A stretch of 64,000 nt of DNA, taken from the NCBI RefSeq assembly GCF_035594765.1, contig NC_085841.1, positions 91,869,574-91,933,573 of the forward strand, read 5' to 3'. The position numbers and the translations under genes were made by a program. Under the pieces are notes generated by a model that saw only the letters and a list, made by a program, of their open reading frames with translations, was not told the DNA's origin and searched no databases. The stretch comes from Anolis carolinensis. Lineage: Eukaryota. Shown here in pieces: positions 25,859-37,822 of the stretch (its first letter is position 1; the number at the start of each line of letters is the position of its first letter).

Positions 25859-26123
25859 CCGCGCACAGACTGTGTGCCGAAGATCCCCCTTCTGCTCTCA
25901 CCGTCTCCTCCTGTCTCCTGTCCCCGCATACCGCTGAGCACATCGAGTCTCCTGTTGTCTGCGCCTTGCCACACCTCTCCCTGCCATTGCACACCACCGC
26001 ACACCAGCAATGTGTGCCGATACTCTCCCCGCCATCGCTTGTCGCTGCCTCCACACACGAGCAATGTGTGCCGAGATTCTCCCTGCTGTCGCACACCGCC
26101 GCACACCGACAATGTGTGCCGAG
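25859..26123. repeat. Imperfect ~50-bp tandem repeats in the L1 5'UTR
   Basis: Recurrent CC(G/A)CACAC...AATGTGTGCCGA units. Confidence 0.85.
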
Positions 26124-26559
26124 TTCAAAGGGTTTTTAAAGGGTTTTTGGGAAGAGGGCTGTTCAGATTGCTCCATCAGTAGTCTCAGGACTACCGAGAG
26201 GGCAGTCCCCACAGGGCCCATAGTGGCTTAGACCAAGGTCTTTCAGGAAGATCCAGGTCTAATCCAGTACCTAATAAATTCAGGGTTTTCCTGTGTTTCC
26301 TGAATTAATTCAATTTTACCAGAGACGTCATTTGGACGCCTCCGGTAAAAGCACATGAGCTGACAGGTTTTGGGCCTCGTCTGGATGGGCCATTAGAATC
26401 TATCTCTGTTCTAAAACCCATGTAGAGAAATGAGGACATAAACTTGTCTGTATATCTGGATTTAAATAATAACCATAATTCAGCGAGAGAGTATTAGTTG
26501 ACAGAATGCCCCAGTTTCTCTCCAGTGCATCCTCAGTTAAAGTGACTTAAAAAAGAGGA

Positions 26560-26812
26560 GGAGTTGTGTGGCTTTAAATAGTTTCTAACTTAAGGTGATC
26601 CTATGGCATTCTCAGACTCTTATCACATGGTTTTCTTTGCAAAAGTTTTCAGAAGAGGTTTGTTAGAGGGCAAATCTATTAAAGGGTTTTTTTGAAGTTA
26701 GGAACATGACTTCCCCAAGTTCACAGTGTGTTGCCATAGCTGAGCAAGGACCTAAAACCTGATTTCCAGACTCATAGTCCAACATTCACATCACCACACC
26801 ACATTGGCTCTT
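26560..26812 (-). mobile_element. Old tRNA-derived CORE-type SINE
   Basis: Reverse strand reads AGAGCCAATGTGGTGTGGTG (A-box-like) then a TGAACTTGGGGAAGTCA core; related to 50945-51170. Confidence 0.6.
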
Positions 26813-28249
26813 AATAACAGGAGGATCCCTGTCTAAAATTTGTCAGGTCACTTCCAGTTCTGAGCTTCAATTATTTTCTTTTTTTCAGCAAAAGCTGACT
26901 TCATGTATCCAGAGAGTCAGTATTTCTATTAATTTCACTCACACCCAGGTACTCAATTTCCATCATCTTATACATGCAGACAGATAAAGAATCCTTTAGC
27001 AGTTTCAAGCTGGAAACCTTTTTAAAGCATCTGAGAAACTTGATACTTCTTCAGTCACTTTTATTGTTCTTAAATAGGTACCTCAGGGTTACAACCATAT
27101 TGTAGGTTCTCCACGGCTCACTTAATGATATCAAAAACATCATCAAGTACGGATTAACAGTGAAGGGTTAGCAAGTTTCACAGTCTTACTAAAATGGCTG
27201 CTGAGTAGCCTCCCCAAGGCTGTGGTTAGTGACATTGACTCCCTACAGGGAACAGAATGTTGAATGTTCCCAGCAGTGACTAGAAAGTCAAAGCATGCAA
27301 AGAATCCTCTCATCAGAATTCTGCAAGCTATGTGACTAGTCATGTGCCCAGTACATGCCAACGGCATTGCACAGTAGGGCAGGTTCCTTGGAAAAAAGAC
27401 TACTGGGGTGAGCATGGAAGGACCTTGTTGGCCACCCCCTCCAGAGAGAATGAAAAAACGCTCAAGGGGTACAATTTCCCCTCCCTTTCTGACCACTTTG
27501 CTTAAAAGGCATAAAATATTCTGACAGTTGGGGAAATGTCTGGAACATATGCCTTTTACAGAGGGCTGGTGTAAGCAGAGTCTCACCCCCCCCCCTTGCC
27601 CCTCTCCTCTTTTCACCATGTGGATGTGTTGACAAAAAAATCAGTTGGCACATGTGACCAAGCCCCTTTCCCTCTTATCCCTCATTCACTATGTGTATGC
27701 AAATACAGGTATTTCAAATGCTGAAAAAACCTGAAAGCTGAGAAACTTCTAATCCTAAGCATTTCCGATAAAAGAGGCTCAGCCTGTATTTTAGGAGCTT
27801 GCTACAATTTGTCACACACATCACTTCCATTCTTCATTCTTGTATCACAGCAGAAAGTTCAGTCCTTTAATAGCCCTGACATAACAGCTATTTCTTCTTC
27901 TTCTGTAGATGCACTTAATATTGCGGAGAGAGTTCTTCTCTGGACTGCTCATCCTATAGCAATAAAATTTATACATTTGCTCAATTTTAATGCAATTGTT
28001 ACATTTTATCTGTTTTATTTACTACAACACATTTTAGCCACTCTGGATAAAGGAGGCTTCATTCATATCAGGGGTAGGGATGAGGCCATTTACTTGTCAT
28101 GTTATTGCAATTCCTAGAAGTCCTAATCAAGGATAGGATTGCTGGGAGCAAGGATAAGGATTGCTGGGAACTAGGGTCCAACAACATTTAGTTGGCCAGA
28201 CAAATTGTATCCCAGTACGGATGTTTTCTGAAGAACTTTATTTAATTTT

Positions 28250-29395
28250 TTTAACGATTTTTTTAAAAAAAAACACACAAAAAATACATACTGTACACAT
28301 ACAAAACATTTACAATTCCCACCACCAACACGAGGATTGCTTTCTTTTACATATTCATTTCTTTTTGAGACAATCTTTATATCTTTATACATTTCCATCC
28401 TATATACTATATAACATGTGTATCTTATTTCTTATGGCTTGATCTCCAGATTGATTCATGATATAGTTCTTTACTCTTGTCCATCTTTCTTCCATTTCTT
28501 TTGTTCTATTTTCATTAGTTTTTAAAACATTTAATTTCACATTCATAATTTCAAATTCCATTTGCTCCACTATATATTGGTACCATTTATTTACTGTCCA
28601 TTTTGATTTATCTTTCCACCCTAATACTATTACTGCTTGTGCACATTCAATTATTGCTTCTTTTATTTCCCTTTTATTTCCCATTTCCTCAATTTCCCTA
28701 ATACCGCTATTTCCTTTGTTATGACCCAGTCCTTTCCTAGTATTTGATTTGACTCATTTTTTATAGTCTGCCAAAAATATTGTACATATTCACATTCCCA
28801 CATCATGTGCATAAACTGCCCTTTCTGATGCCATCCATGCCAGCACTGACTATCCCCTTTTTATAGTAGTATGCTAATTGGCAGGATGTACGATACCATT
28901 TGTGCAATATTTTCCTCCTCATTTCTCATACTTTGTTATTCCTTTTCATCCCTATTGTCTCTACCAGATTTCTCATCTCTTGTTCCGTGATTTGCAACCC
29001 CGTTTCCCACATACTTTTCAAATCCCGTATTGTACATCCATCAGCCTCTATTACCATTATATATATTTTGCTGGCCTGTGCCTTCTTTCCTTCCCCTTTT
29101 TCTCTTATCTTTTCAAAGGTGGTATCTTCTCTCTTAACCATATTGATATTTTCTTTTATTTTGCAATATGCACAGATTGCTCTTATCTGTAACCAATTTT
29201 CTTGTCCAAGCCATTGTTTAATTCTATTTTCCCTTACCGTTCCCTCTCTGTCATATAATTGTTCTACTCTCTCTATTCCTTTTTCCTTCAATATCTGGAT
29301 ACTGAAGAACTTTATTTTACTGAGATTCTCCTGTAGTACCCAGCCTCTACCTCTATGTGCTTGGGGAAAATTGGGACAGAGGCTTTGTTGGATTT
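28250..29395 (-). mobile_element. 5'-truncated L1-clade LINE 3' end (different family from 22090-26230)
   Basis: ORF pieces 28926-29291 and 28400-28684; degenerate CW..C....G.FMHMMWEC..V..FW knuckle at about 28770-28850; T-rich tail on the + strand. Confidence 0.85.
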
Positions 29396-30250
29396 GATAA
29401 TCTTAAGTAAAGTAGCCCCTTTGTAACTTCTCAAGAATGAAAGAAAGATCAAATGCATCTAACCAGAACAGTTTCTTTATTGGGAAAAACTACTGAATAT
29501 AGCACAGACAAACCAATTACACATATTTCAAAATATTAACACCTGAAAATATGCACTATTAAAATACATACACACTTTAATCAATAGAAGAGTCTTAAAA
29601 TGAACAAAATGTTAAAATAAATGCTCACATTGGGAAAGTATGTCAAAACATGAATGGATTATCTTGAAAAAAAAACAGTGCAACAGAAAGTCTTGTTACC
29701 AGATGCAAAACAAATCTGGGAAATAAAATGCAGATTTCAAATAATGGCACAAAATCGAGATAGAGATTTTCAGGCATCTAGTAGAAAAACTCTTGAGCAA
29801 TGCAGTGGATGTACAGAAACAAACTATAGTCTTATATCAAGTTCTGAACATGCAATCTAACAGTTCAAAATTATAAGACTGATTTAAAATACTAAACTTT
29901 AATTCGGGAGCTACATGTTTAAGTGCTCAACACAAAAACGTGGAAATACTGATATAAAAGTACATATGTCTTTCATTCATTGTAGTTCTAAGTTACCAAA
30001 ACAAGATCAAATACCTGGACATTTATAATCAAAACATAGAACCTTTAAAAGTCCATTCCCTCAGAAGCGTTCTAACTGTTTTCTCCAAAGGCATAAAGAA
30101 AACGTTCTCTCTGCTTTGAAATGGATGAGGATTCATTCTGACTCTCCTACCTGCGATGGATTCTATCAGAGGAAGCCTTCCTAGATGCGTTACAAAGATT
30201 AGTGTTAACTGCTATAAAGTGTAGGTAAACAAACAAGCACTTAAAGGTTA

Positions 30251-30968
30251 TGTAGTATTTCTGCTGAAGCTTTAATGATTAATGTGGTGAGGTGTGAAAT
30301 TTAATTTACAGTTATGCTTAATGATAGGTAGATGTTTTAAAAGGGTAAGTATTTGAGATAGCATTACCTGGGGGATGGTAACCAGCTCAGCTCTGAGGTG
30401 GGTTGCAATAGAAACAAGGGAGGAGCCAACTGACACTTGGCAAGAGGAGGCAAATTTTTAAAAAGTAGTCAGTCTGTGGTCAGGGAACCACAGGAAAGGC
30501 TGGTTCTATGGTGTTGAGAATCAGGAAAGTTTAGGCCTCTAGCCTGTATAGTTTAAATAGGTCAAGTTGACTTATTTAGATTGGTAATAAGGGTTTGAGC
30601 AACAAAGGGAAGAAAACCCCAGTAGGAGTCTGTACTGTAACAAAGCTAACAGAAAGATAGAGGAAGCTAGCACATAGAATGATCAATTAAAGCAAGAAAC
30701 ATCAGTTTAAAGGGAAAAAGTTTAAAACCTGTTTAGTAGAAGGAATAGTCCCCTTGAGAGTTGTTTCATGGAATGTTATCAGTGTAACCATTAAAGAAAT
30801 GTTCCTCTAAGAGTGAAGAAACATTGAAACCATTAAGCTTCTGTACATCAATAAACTTATTACAGTTTTCTTACATCCAAGCCTCTGTTACGTATATTTT
30901 TAAATCAAGCTATGCTACACATCAAAGGAAAAGTAAACTTCTCACGGCAACCTGGTGGCATCGTTACA
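30251..30968 (+). mobile_element. Probable solo LTR
   Basis: Begins TGTAG and ends GTTACA; AATAAA near 30850; flanks GTTA/ATTA (imperfect 4-bp TSD). Confidence 0.5.
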
Positions 30969-31103
30969 ATTAATAACACAACAATATTTGTATCCAGGCA
31001 CAATACAAAGTGCTGTTCATGACCTGTAAAGCCCTATACTGCTTAGGCTCAGACTATCTGAAAAATATCTCCCTATATGAAGCTGTTGCTATCCTAAAAA
31101 CTA

Positions 31104-32020
31104 CATAGAATCATAGAATCATAGAATAGTAGAGTTGGAAGAGACCTCATGGGCCATCCAGTCCAACCCCCTGCCAAGAAGCAGGAAATCGCATTCAAAG
31201 CACCCCTGACAGATGGCCATCCAGCCTCTGCTTAAAAGCCTCCAAGGAAGGAGCCTCCACCACAGTCCGGGGGAGAGAGTTCCACTGTCGAACAACCCTC
31301 ACAGTGAGGAAGTTCTTCCTGATGTTCAGGTGGAATCTCCTTTCCTGTAGTTTGAAGCCATTGTTCTGTGTCCTAGTCTGCAGGGCAGCAGAAAACAAGC
31401 TTGCTCCCTCCTCCCTATGACTTCCCCTCACGTATTTGTACATGGCTATCATGTCTCCTCTCAGCCTTCTCTTCTGCAGGCTAAACATGCCAAGCTCTTT
31501 AAGCCGCTCCTCATAGGGCTTGTTCTCCAGACCCTTAATCATTTTAGTCGCCCTCCTCTGGACGCTTTCCAGCTTGTCAACATCTCCCTTCAACTGTGGT
31601 GCCCAGAATTGGACGCAGTATTCCAGGTGTGGTCTGACCAAGGCAGAATAGAGGGGGAGCATGACTTCCCTGGATCTAGACGCTATTCCCCTATTGATGC
31701 AGGCCAGAATCCCGTTGGCTTTTTTAGCTGCTGCATCACATTGTTGGCTCATGTTTAACTTGTTGTCCACGAGGACTCCAAGGTCTTTTTCGCACACACT
31801 GCTGTCAAGCCAGGCGTCCCCCATTCTGTATCTTTGATTTCCATTTTTTCTGCCGAAATGAAGTATCTTGCATTTGTCCCTGTTGAACTTCATTTTGTTA
31901 GTTTCGGCCCATTTCTCTAGTCTGTCAAGATCGTTTTGAATTCTGCTCCTGTCTTCTGGAGTGTTAGCTATCCCTCTCAGTTTGGTGTCGTCTGCAAACT
32001 TGATGATCGTGCCTTCTAAC
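31104..32020 (-). mobile_element. Young 5'-truncated CR1 LINE
   Basis: Open frame from FADDTKL through ORF 31195-31893 ([31 protein letters not shown]); (ATTCTATG)n tail. Confidence 0.97.
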
Positions 32021-32277
32021 TTCTAACATGGGAAAGCCTTTTCTTGTAGCTATCACCCTCACAGGATCTACTGATGTGGGCCATGAGAGAGAACCTTCTC
32101 AGTGGCTTCTCCAACCCTCTGAAATTCCCTTCCATGGGATGCTTGGTTGGCCTCTCCCTGCTTTCCTTTCACCAGTAGACAAAAACATTGTTGTTCAAGT
32201 AGACTTTTGATATGCAGTTACTCTCAGAATACACCGCCTAGTTTGGAGGAAGTCAGTAATGCTATCATAGAATCATA

Positions 32278-34890
32278 GGCCTCTTCCACATTGCCCCTAT
32301 ACGCCAGGATCTGATACTACTACTACTACTACTACTAATAATAATAATAATAATAATAATAAGTTTATTTATATCCCGCCTCCATCTCCCCCGAAGGGGA
32401 CTTGGGGCGGCTTATAGCAAAATCAAAATACAAGCAATGATAAAATATGAATCATCAAAGGACAACAACAAAAACCAATAATAAAATATACACAATAGGC
32501 GAAAAACACAACACAGAATTAAAACATCAGATTAAAAACAATGAGGTTGCAATAGTGGGTAAGCAAGGTGCACATTATGAGTAACAAATTCGTAAATAGA
32601 TACAGTGCATTAGAATCATTTAAGGTCACATTAGGTAGGGAGGAGTCCTGAATAATATCAAGCAATCAGGAATCAGGAGAAGAGCAACCAGTACAAAAGG
32701 TCGAGGAGCATAATAATTGTGATGGAGAAAGGCTATCTGAACCAAAGGCCTGGGTGAAAAGTCAAGTTTTCAGACTCTTCCGAAACGCCATCAAGGTGGG
32801 GGCTTGCCTGATCTCCCCAGGCAGCGAATTCCATAACCGGGGGGCCACTACAGAGAAGGCCCTCTCTCTCGTCCCCACCAACCGCACTTGTGATGCTGGC
32901 GGAAGCGAGAGGAGGGCCTCCCCCGATGACCGAAGAGACCGTACAGGTTCATAGGGGGAGAGACAATTCTGAAGGTAGATGGGCCCCAAACCGATCACCA
33001 GCACTTTGAATTGGGTCCAGAAAATGAATGGCAGCCAGTGGAGCTTCTTAAACAGGAGGGTTGACCGCTCCCTGTATTGGGCTCCCGTTAGAACCAAGGC
33101 TGCCAAGCGTTGAACTAATTGAAGTTTCCAGGCCATCTTCAAAGGCAGCCCCATGTAGAGTGCATTGCAATAATCCAATCTAGAGATAACTAAGGCGTGA
33201 AGCACCAAGGCCAAGTCAGACTTCACGAGGTATGGTCGCAGCTGGCGCACAAGTTTTAGTTGTGCAAAGGCCCACCCGGCCACTGCTGTCACCTGAGCAT
33301 CAAGTGTCAGTGATGAGTCCAGGAGGACCCCCAAGCTACGGACATGCGCCTTCAGAGGGAGTGCAACCCCGTCAAGCACAGGTTACCACCCAATACCCCG
33401 ATCAGACATACGACTGACCTGGAGGACCTCTGTCTTTTCGGGATTAAGCTTCAGTTTATTCACCCTCATCCAGCCCATCACAGCTGCCAAGCACTGGTTC
33501 AGTATCTGGGGGGCTTCCTTGGAGTTTGGTGGAAAAGAGTAGTAAAGTTGGGTGTCATCTGCGTAGAGATGGCACCGCACTCCAAAACTACGGATGATCT
33601 CTCCCAGCGGTTTCATGTAGATAATAAAAAGCATGGGGGACAGAATGGAACCTTGCGGGACCCCACAGGTCAATGGCCAAGAGTCCGAGCAAGTGTCCCC
33701 CACCAACTGGGATCGGCCCTCCAGGAAGGACTGCAGCCACTGCAGAGCAGTACCCCCAAGACCCATCCCGGAGAGCCATTCCAGAAGGATACTATGGTCA
33801 ATGCCGCTGAAAGCCGCTGAGATGTCCAAGAGAACCAGCAGGGTCACACTCCCCCTGTCCAGTTCCATGCGGAGGTCATCCACCAAGGCGACCAAAGCCG
33901 TCTCAGTACTGTGACCAGGTCTAAAGCCAGACTGCGATGGGTCTAGAAAATCAGTGTCATCCAGGAAACCCTGAAGCTGTGAGGCAACCGCCTGCTCCAG
34001 GACCTTGCCAAAGAAAGGGAGGTTTGAGATAGGTCTGTAATTGTTTAAAATGGTCAAATCAAGGGAGGCCTTCTTCAGGATTGGATTCACTATGGCCTGT
34101 TTAAGGAAAGATGGAAATTTACCTTGATCCAAAGAGAAATTAATTATCCTCACAAACCAGTCTAGCAACCCCCCTCTGGCTGATTTAATTAGCCAAGAAG
34201 GGCAAGGATCCATGGCACAGGCAGTTGGTCTCACTGCATCAAGGATCCTGTCCATATCATCTAGGTGAACAAGCTGAAACAAATCCCACAAGATAGGACA
34301 GACAGGTGCCTTGGTTAACTCACATGAATTGCATCAAAGCTAGCTTCCAAGTCATGATGGATCTGAGCGACTTTGTCTGCAAAATGGTGAGCGAACTCGC
34401 TGCACCGAGTTGCCGCGTCCTTGGGTGCCTCCCCACCCTCAGGAGGGTGGAGGAGCTCCCCGATGAAACGGAACAACTCCAATGGTCTATTAGTTGCAGA
34501 CACTATGCAGGCAGTCGTGAAGGTCTTACTGGCTGCCCACAAAGCCGCGGAGTAGGCCCTAATAGCACTAACCCGTGCTCAGTCAGAGGCGTCCTGAGTC
34601 TTCCGCCAACGGCACTCTAGTCCTCTTCTCTTGCGTTTCATCACTGCCAACTCCTCTGAGAACCAGGGAGCCAAAGTAACTCTGCGCAAAGAGAAGGGAC
34701 GTTCGGGAGCAATCATGTCAATTGTCCTGGACATCTCGCTATTATAGCGGTCTACCAGAGCATCGACAGGATCGCCATCCTAGATTATCTTCTTATTCCA
34801 GATTATCTGTCAGAGGAGACATATATAATCCAGTTTAAATAGGATAATCTGGGATCGGATCCTGGGATACAGGGAAGTGTAGAAGGGGCC
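32278..34890. mobile_element. PIF/Harbinger-type MITE (32278-32315 and 34777-34890) interrupted by L2
   Basis: TIRs GGCCTCTTCCACA...TGTAGAAGGGGCC; 3-bp TSD ATA; sits inside a CR1 (CATAGAAT)n tail remnant. Confidence 0.85.
32316..34776 (-). mobile_element. 5'-truncated L2 LINE
   Basis: RT in ORF 33383-34291 (QSGFRPGHSTETAL, GVPQGSILSP, LYADDTQL) followed by ORF 32762-33379; tail GAGTCCCCTTCGGGGGAGATGG...AATAAA plus (ATT)n(AGT)n. Confidence 0.97.
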
Positions 34891-36084
34891 ATAGAATCAT
34901 ATTGGAAGAGACCACATGGCCATCTAGTCCAACTCCCTGCTATGCCATTAACTGATTAAAAATAATGAAGTCAGTGGACCTGATGAGATCCCTGCTGAAA
35001 TCTTTAAAGAAGATTTTGTCCAAGCTGACAAAAGAAACCCACAAGCTTATTGAAAAAGTGTGAGAGAAGATCACAGTGGACTTCTGGGATGCCATTATCA
35101 TCATCCTTTTCAAAAAGGGAGAAAGAACAGACTTTGGGAACTATCAAGGTATATCCCTTTTAACCTCTGCCAGAAAAATACTCATAAGAATCCTTGGAAA
35201 AATGCCTTCTACCATCTCAGAAGACATCCTCCCTGAAACCCAAAATGGCTTCCAGCCCTCCAGAGAAACAGTGGATATGATTTTTACTGCACGACAAAAT
35301 CAACCTCTAAACATGGCAAAGGTCTTTGATAGAGTGAATGATAATGCTCTCTGGATTATCCTTCTGTAAATCAGATGCCCTAATAAATTTGTGAACATGT
35401 CATGATGACAGGACGGCAACCGTCTTGGACAGCAATAACTCCCAAAGTGACCCATTTAAGGTGGGATCAAATGTCAAACGGGGATGTGTTATTGCCCCAA
35501 CCTTATTTTCCATCTTCATAGCTATGATTCTATACCTTGTTGACAGAAAGCTTCCCACTAATGTGGAAATCACAGAAGAAGCAAAGGCCACCATAACTGA
35601 AGCCATGATTCTCCGCCATCCACTTCATTGGATTAGTCATGTTGTCTGAATGCCCAATCACTGCCTCCCAAAGCAGTGACTTTATTCTCAACTCAAGTAC
35701 GGAAAATGGAATGTTAGTGGAAAACAAAAGAGATTTAAAGATGGGCTTAAAGCTAACTTTAAAAAATTGGTATGAATACCGAGAAATGAGAAGCCCTGGA
35801 CTGGATGTTAACTGCTACCAATGTTGCTATGCATTTTGAAAAAAGCACAAATACAAGGCTAACATCCCAAGAGAAAGGCATACCAAGCAAACCCTTCCTG
35901 TGACCTTTGTTTTCATCTGAAATCTGTCTCTACAGTGAAAAACCATGTGGATCCAGAATAGGTCTTCATAGTCATTTATGGAGCCACTGCCAAGACTCTA
36001 TTGGAAAATAACCTTAGCCATGAGTGCTCATTTATGATGATGATAACTCTCAGGTAGCAACTTGATGTGTTTTATGTTTTCACA

Positions 36085-36300
36085 ATTGCTTCAACACAGA
36101 AGGGTTCTTTCTCCCACCCGGGACATTCCACAAATACACACACACACACACACACACATCCACACATACATACACAGTTCCCTTGCTTCATTGCCAAGAG
36201 AACCTCTGAAGATGCCAGCCAGAGATGCCGGCAAAATGTCAGGAGATAAGGCTACTGGAACATGGCCATACAAGACCAAAAAACTCACAGCAACCCAACA
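36085..36300 (+). mobile_element. Penelope-like element terminal (pseudo-LTR) fragment with (AC)n
   Basis: CTCTGAAGATGCCAGCC...AAATGTCAGGAG...GGAACATGGCCATAC; related to the reverse-strand piece at 61866-61955. Confidence 0.75.
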
Positions 36301-36489
36301 ATCCAAAGTTACTTTCCTTGTCAAGGAAGGTTGATATATTCTGCAATTGATTTTGGGGTATTACCATTTCTAATTCCAGATTTTTTTATCTATTTATCCT
36401 GTTTGTCAAATGTAGAGAGGAATTTCTGACATAAGATGCTGGTATGTAACACATTGGAGGAGAAAAAAGAAATGTACCTCTTTTGTGGA

Positions 36490-36900
36490 TGATGTTTTTG
36501 GCCCTGTAATATTTCTCTCAGAGGAGATGTGGGGACAGAGTTGGCACCTGGGTTTGTAACATGGTCTTTGCCCTTTAATAGCATTCATGTTATGTAACCT
36601 TTTAAATAAGTAGTGATTTAAGATCTGATAACTGTCTGCAGGCCAAAAAAGACATGGCCCCCAGAGCTTCGGAGAGGACTGCATTATTCTCCAGGATTGG
36701 TTGCTAACTTATTGATGGTATGTTTGAGTGATCTCAATTGAGGACCGTAGGAGGCCACTAGGGATGTTCTATCATTTGGTATTTTGGTCTGTCCTGTAAT
36801 AGATTGTTCCTGGATACTAATCTCGCCTTGTTTGTGGATTCCTCACCTATTTAGGTGGCTATTGCAGCTTATGAAAATTCTGTTGCAATTCCAAGCAAAG
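36490..36900 (-). mobile_element. Penelope-like ORF remnant (linker before the GIY-YIG endonuclease)
   Basis: RPCYKPRCQLCPHI....ITGP Cys-rich linker in ORF 36406-36684. Confidence 0.75.
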
Positions 36901-37496
36901 ACTCCAATGGATTAAAGAAACAAATTGAAGTTTTTATTATGGGATCTCCCTCTTAGATAGGAAAGTTATTCAGGTTTCTAATTTTAAAAAATAACAAAGA
37001 TCTATTTTACGGAACATCGGAGAGAGGGAAGAGAAGAGGTGAAAATATATTTAAGAGATACATCACAGAATGGTCAGCTTAAGTAGTCCCGAAGGTTGAA
37101 TACTTTGGATCACTCAGACTATCTAATCTTCTTACTTCTGCCCTCTCTGAGGTGTTCTTGACTCTTTTGTGCTAAGTATTGTTGCAGTTTTAACATTGTA
37201 ATCTGGGGCTTTAATATCACACTGTGTTACGTCAGAAGTGTGTCTATATCCACAGAAGTGCATGCCAAAATAAAAATAAGTTAGCTTTAAAGGTGCTGAT
37301 ATATTCCCTTTCCCCTTACCCTCTTCCTTTTTATGCTGAAAGAGACTAACACAGCTATAGGAAACACCACATATTTCCAATATAGTATGATTTCCAATTT
37401 ATCTTACTTTACACATAGATTTCAGAAGTACTGCATTGATCTTAATCTGCCATGCAAGAGTTCTTGAAAACACCAACTTGTCTTTAACCATGTTTA

Positions 37497-37822
37497 AGGG
37501 TAAAGGTTTCTCCTGACATAAAGTCTAGTCATATCTGATTGTGTGGGTTGGTGCTCATCTCTATTTCTAAGCCAAAGAGCTGGTGTTGTCCAAAGACACC
37601 TCCAAGGTCATGTGGCCGGTGTGACTGCATGGAATGCCGTTACCTTCCTGCCGGAGTGGTACCTATTGATCTACTCACATTTGCATGTTTTTGAACTGCT
37701 AGGTTGGCAGAAGCTAGACTTAACAGCAGAAGCTCACCCGACTCATTGGATTGGAACCGCTAACGTTTCGATCAGAAAGTTCAGCAACTCAGCGATTTAA
37801 TCTGCTGCACCACCAGGGGGCC
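37497..37822 (-). mobile_element. Sauria SINE
   Basis: Full-length copy, reverse complement of 61540-61865; ACCTTTACC tail. Confidence 0.93.

Larger units (their letters stand above)
22090..26230 (-). mobile_element. L1-clade LINE with 5'UTR, ORF1, EN and 3' end but RT domain deleted
   Basis: ORF1 25353-24253; ORF2 starts at 24245 (MADLKILSWN), with EN motifs VGVYGP, LGDWN, FTFYS..H.SLSRI and SDH; KAPGPNGL is fused to the C-terminal region containing CWKCGIEKGTFYHLWWSC. Confidence 0.93.
32230..35990 (+). mobile_element. Degenerate RTE-clade LINE split by nested insertions (32230-32264 joined to 34940-35990)
   Basis: PPSLEEVSNA continues after the insertions as AIN.LK..SGPDEIPAEIFK, then LFKKGERTDFGNYQGISLL, LPETQNGF and VKRGCVIAPTLFSIF. 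Confidence 0.85.

Noticed and set aside
25859-26123. Palindromic repeats with short spacers resembling a CRISPR array
   Set aside because: Eukaryotic L1 5'UTR; the units are degenerate, the spacers are related to each other and no cas genes are present.
31417-33914. Antisense ORFs over CR1 and L2 (31417-31758, 33344-33820, 33633-33914)
   Set aside because: Shadow frames of retrotransposon coding sequence.
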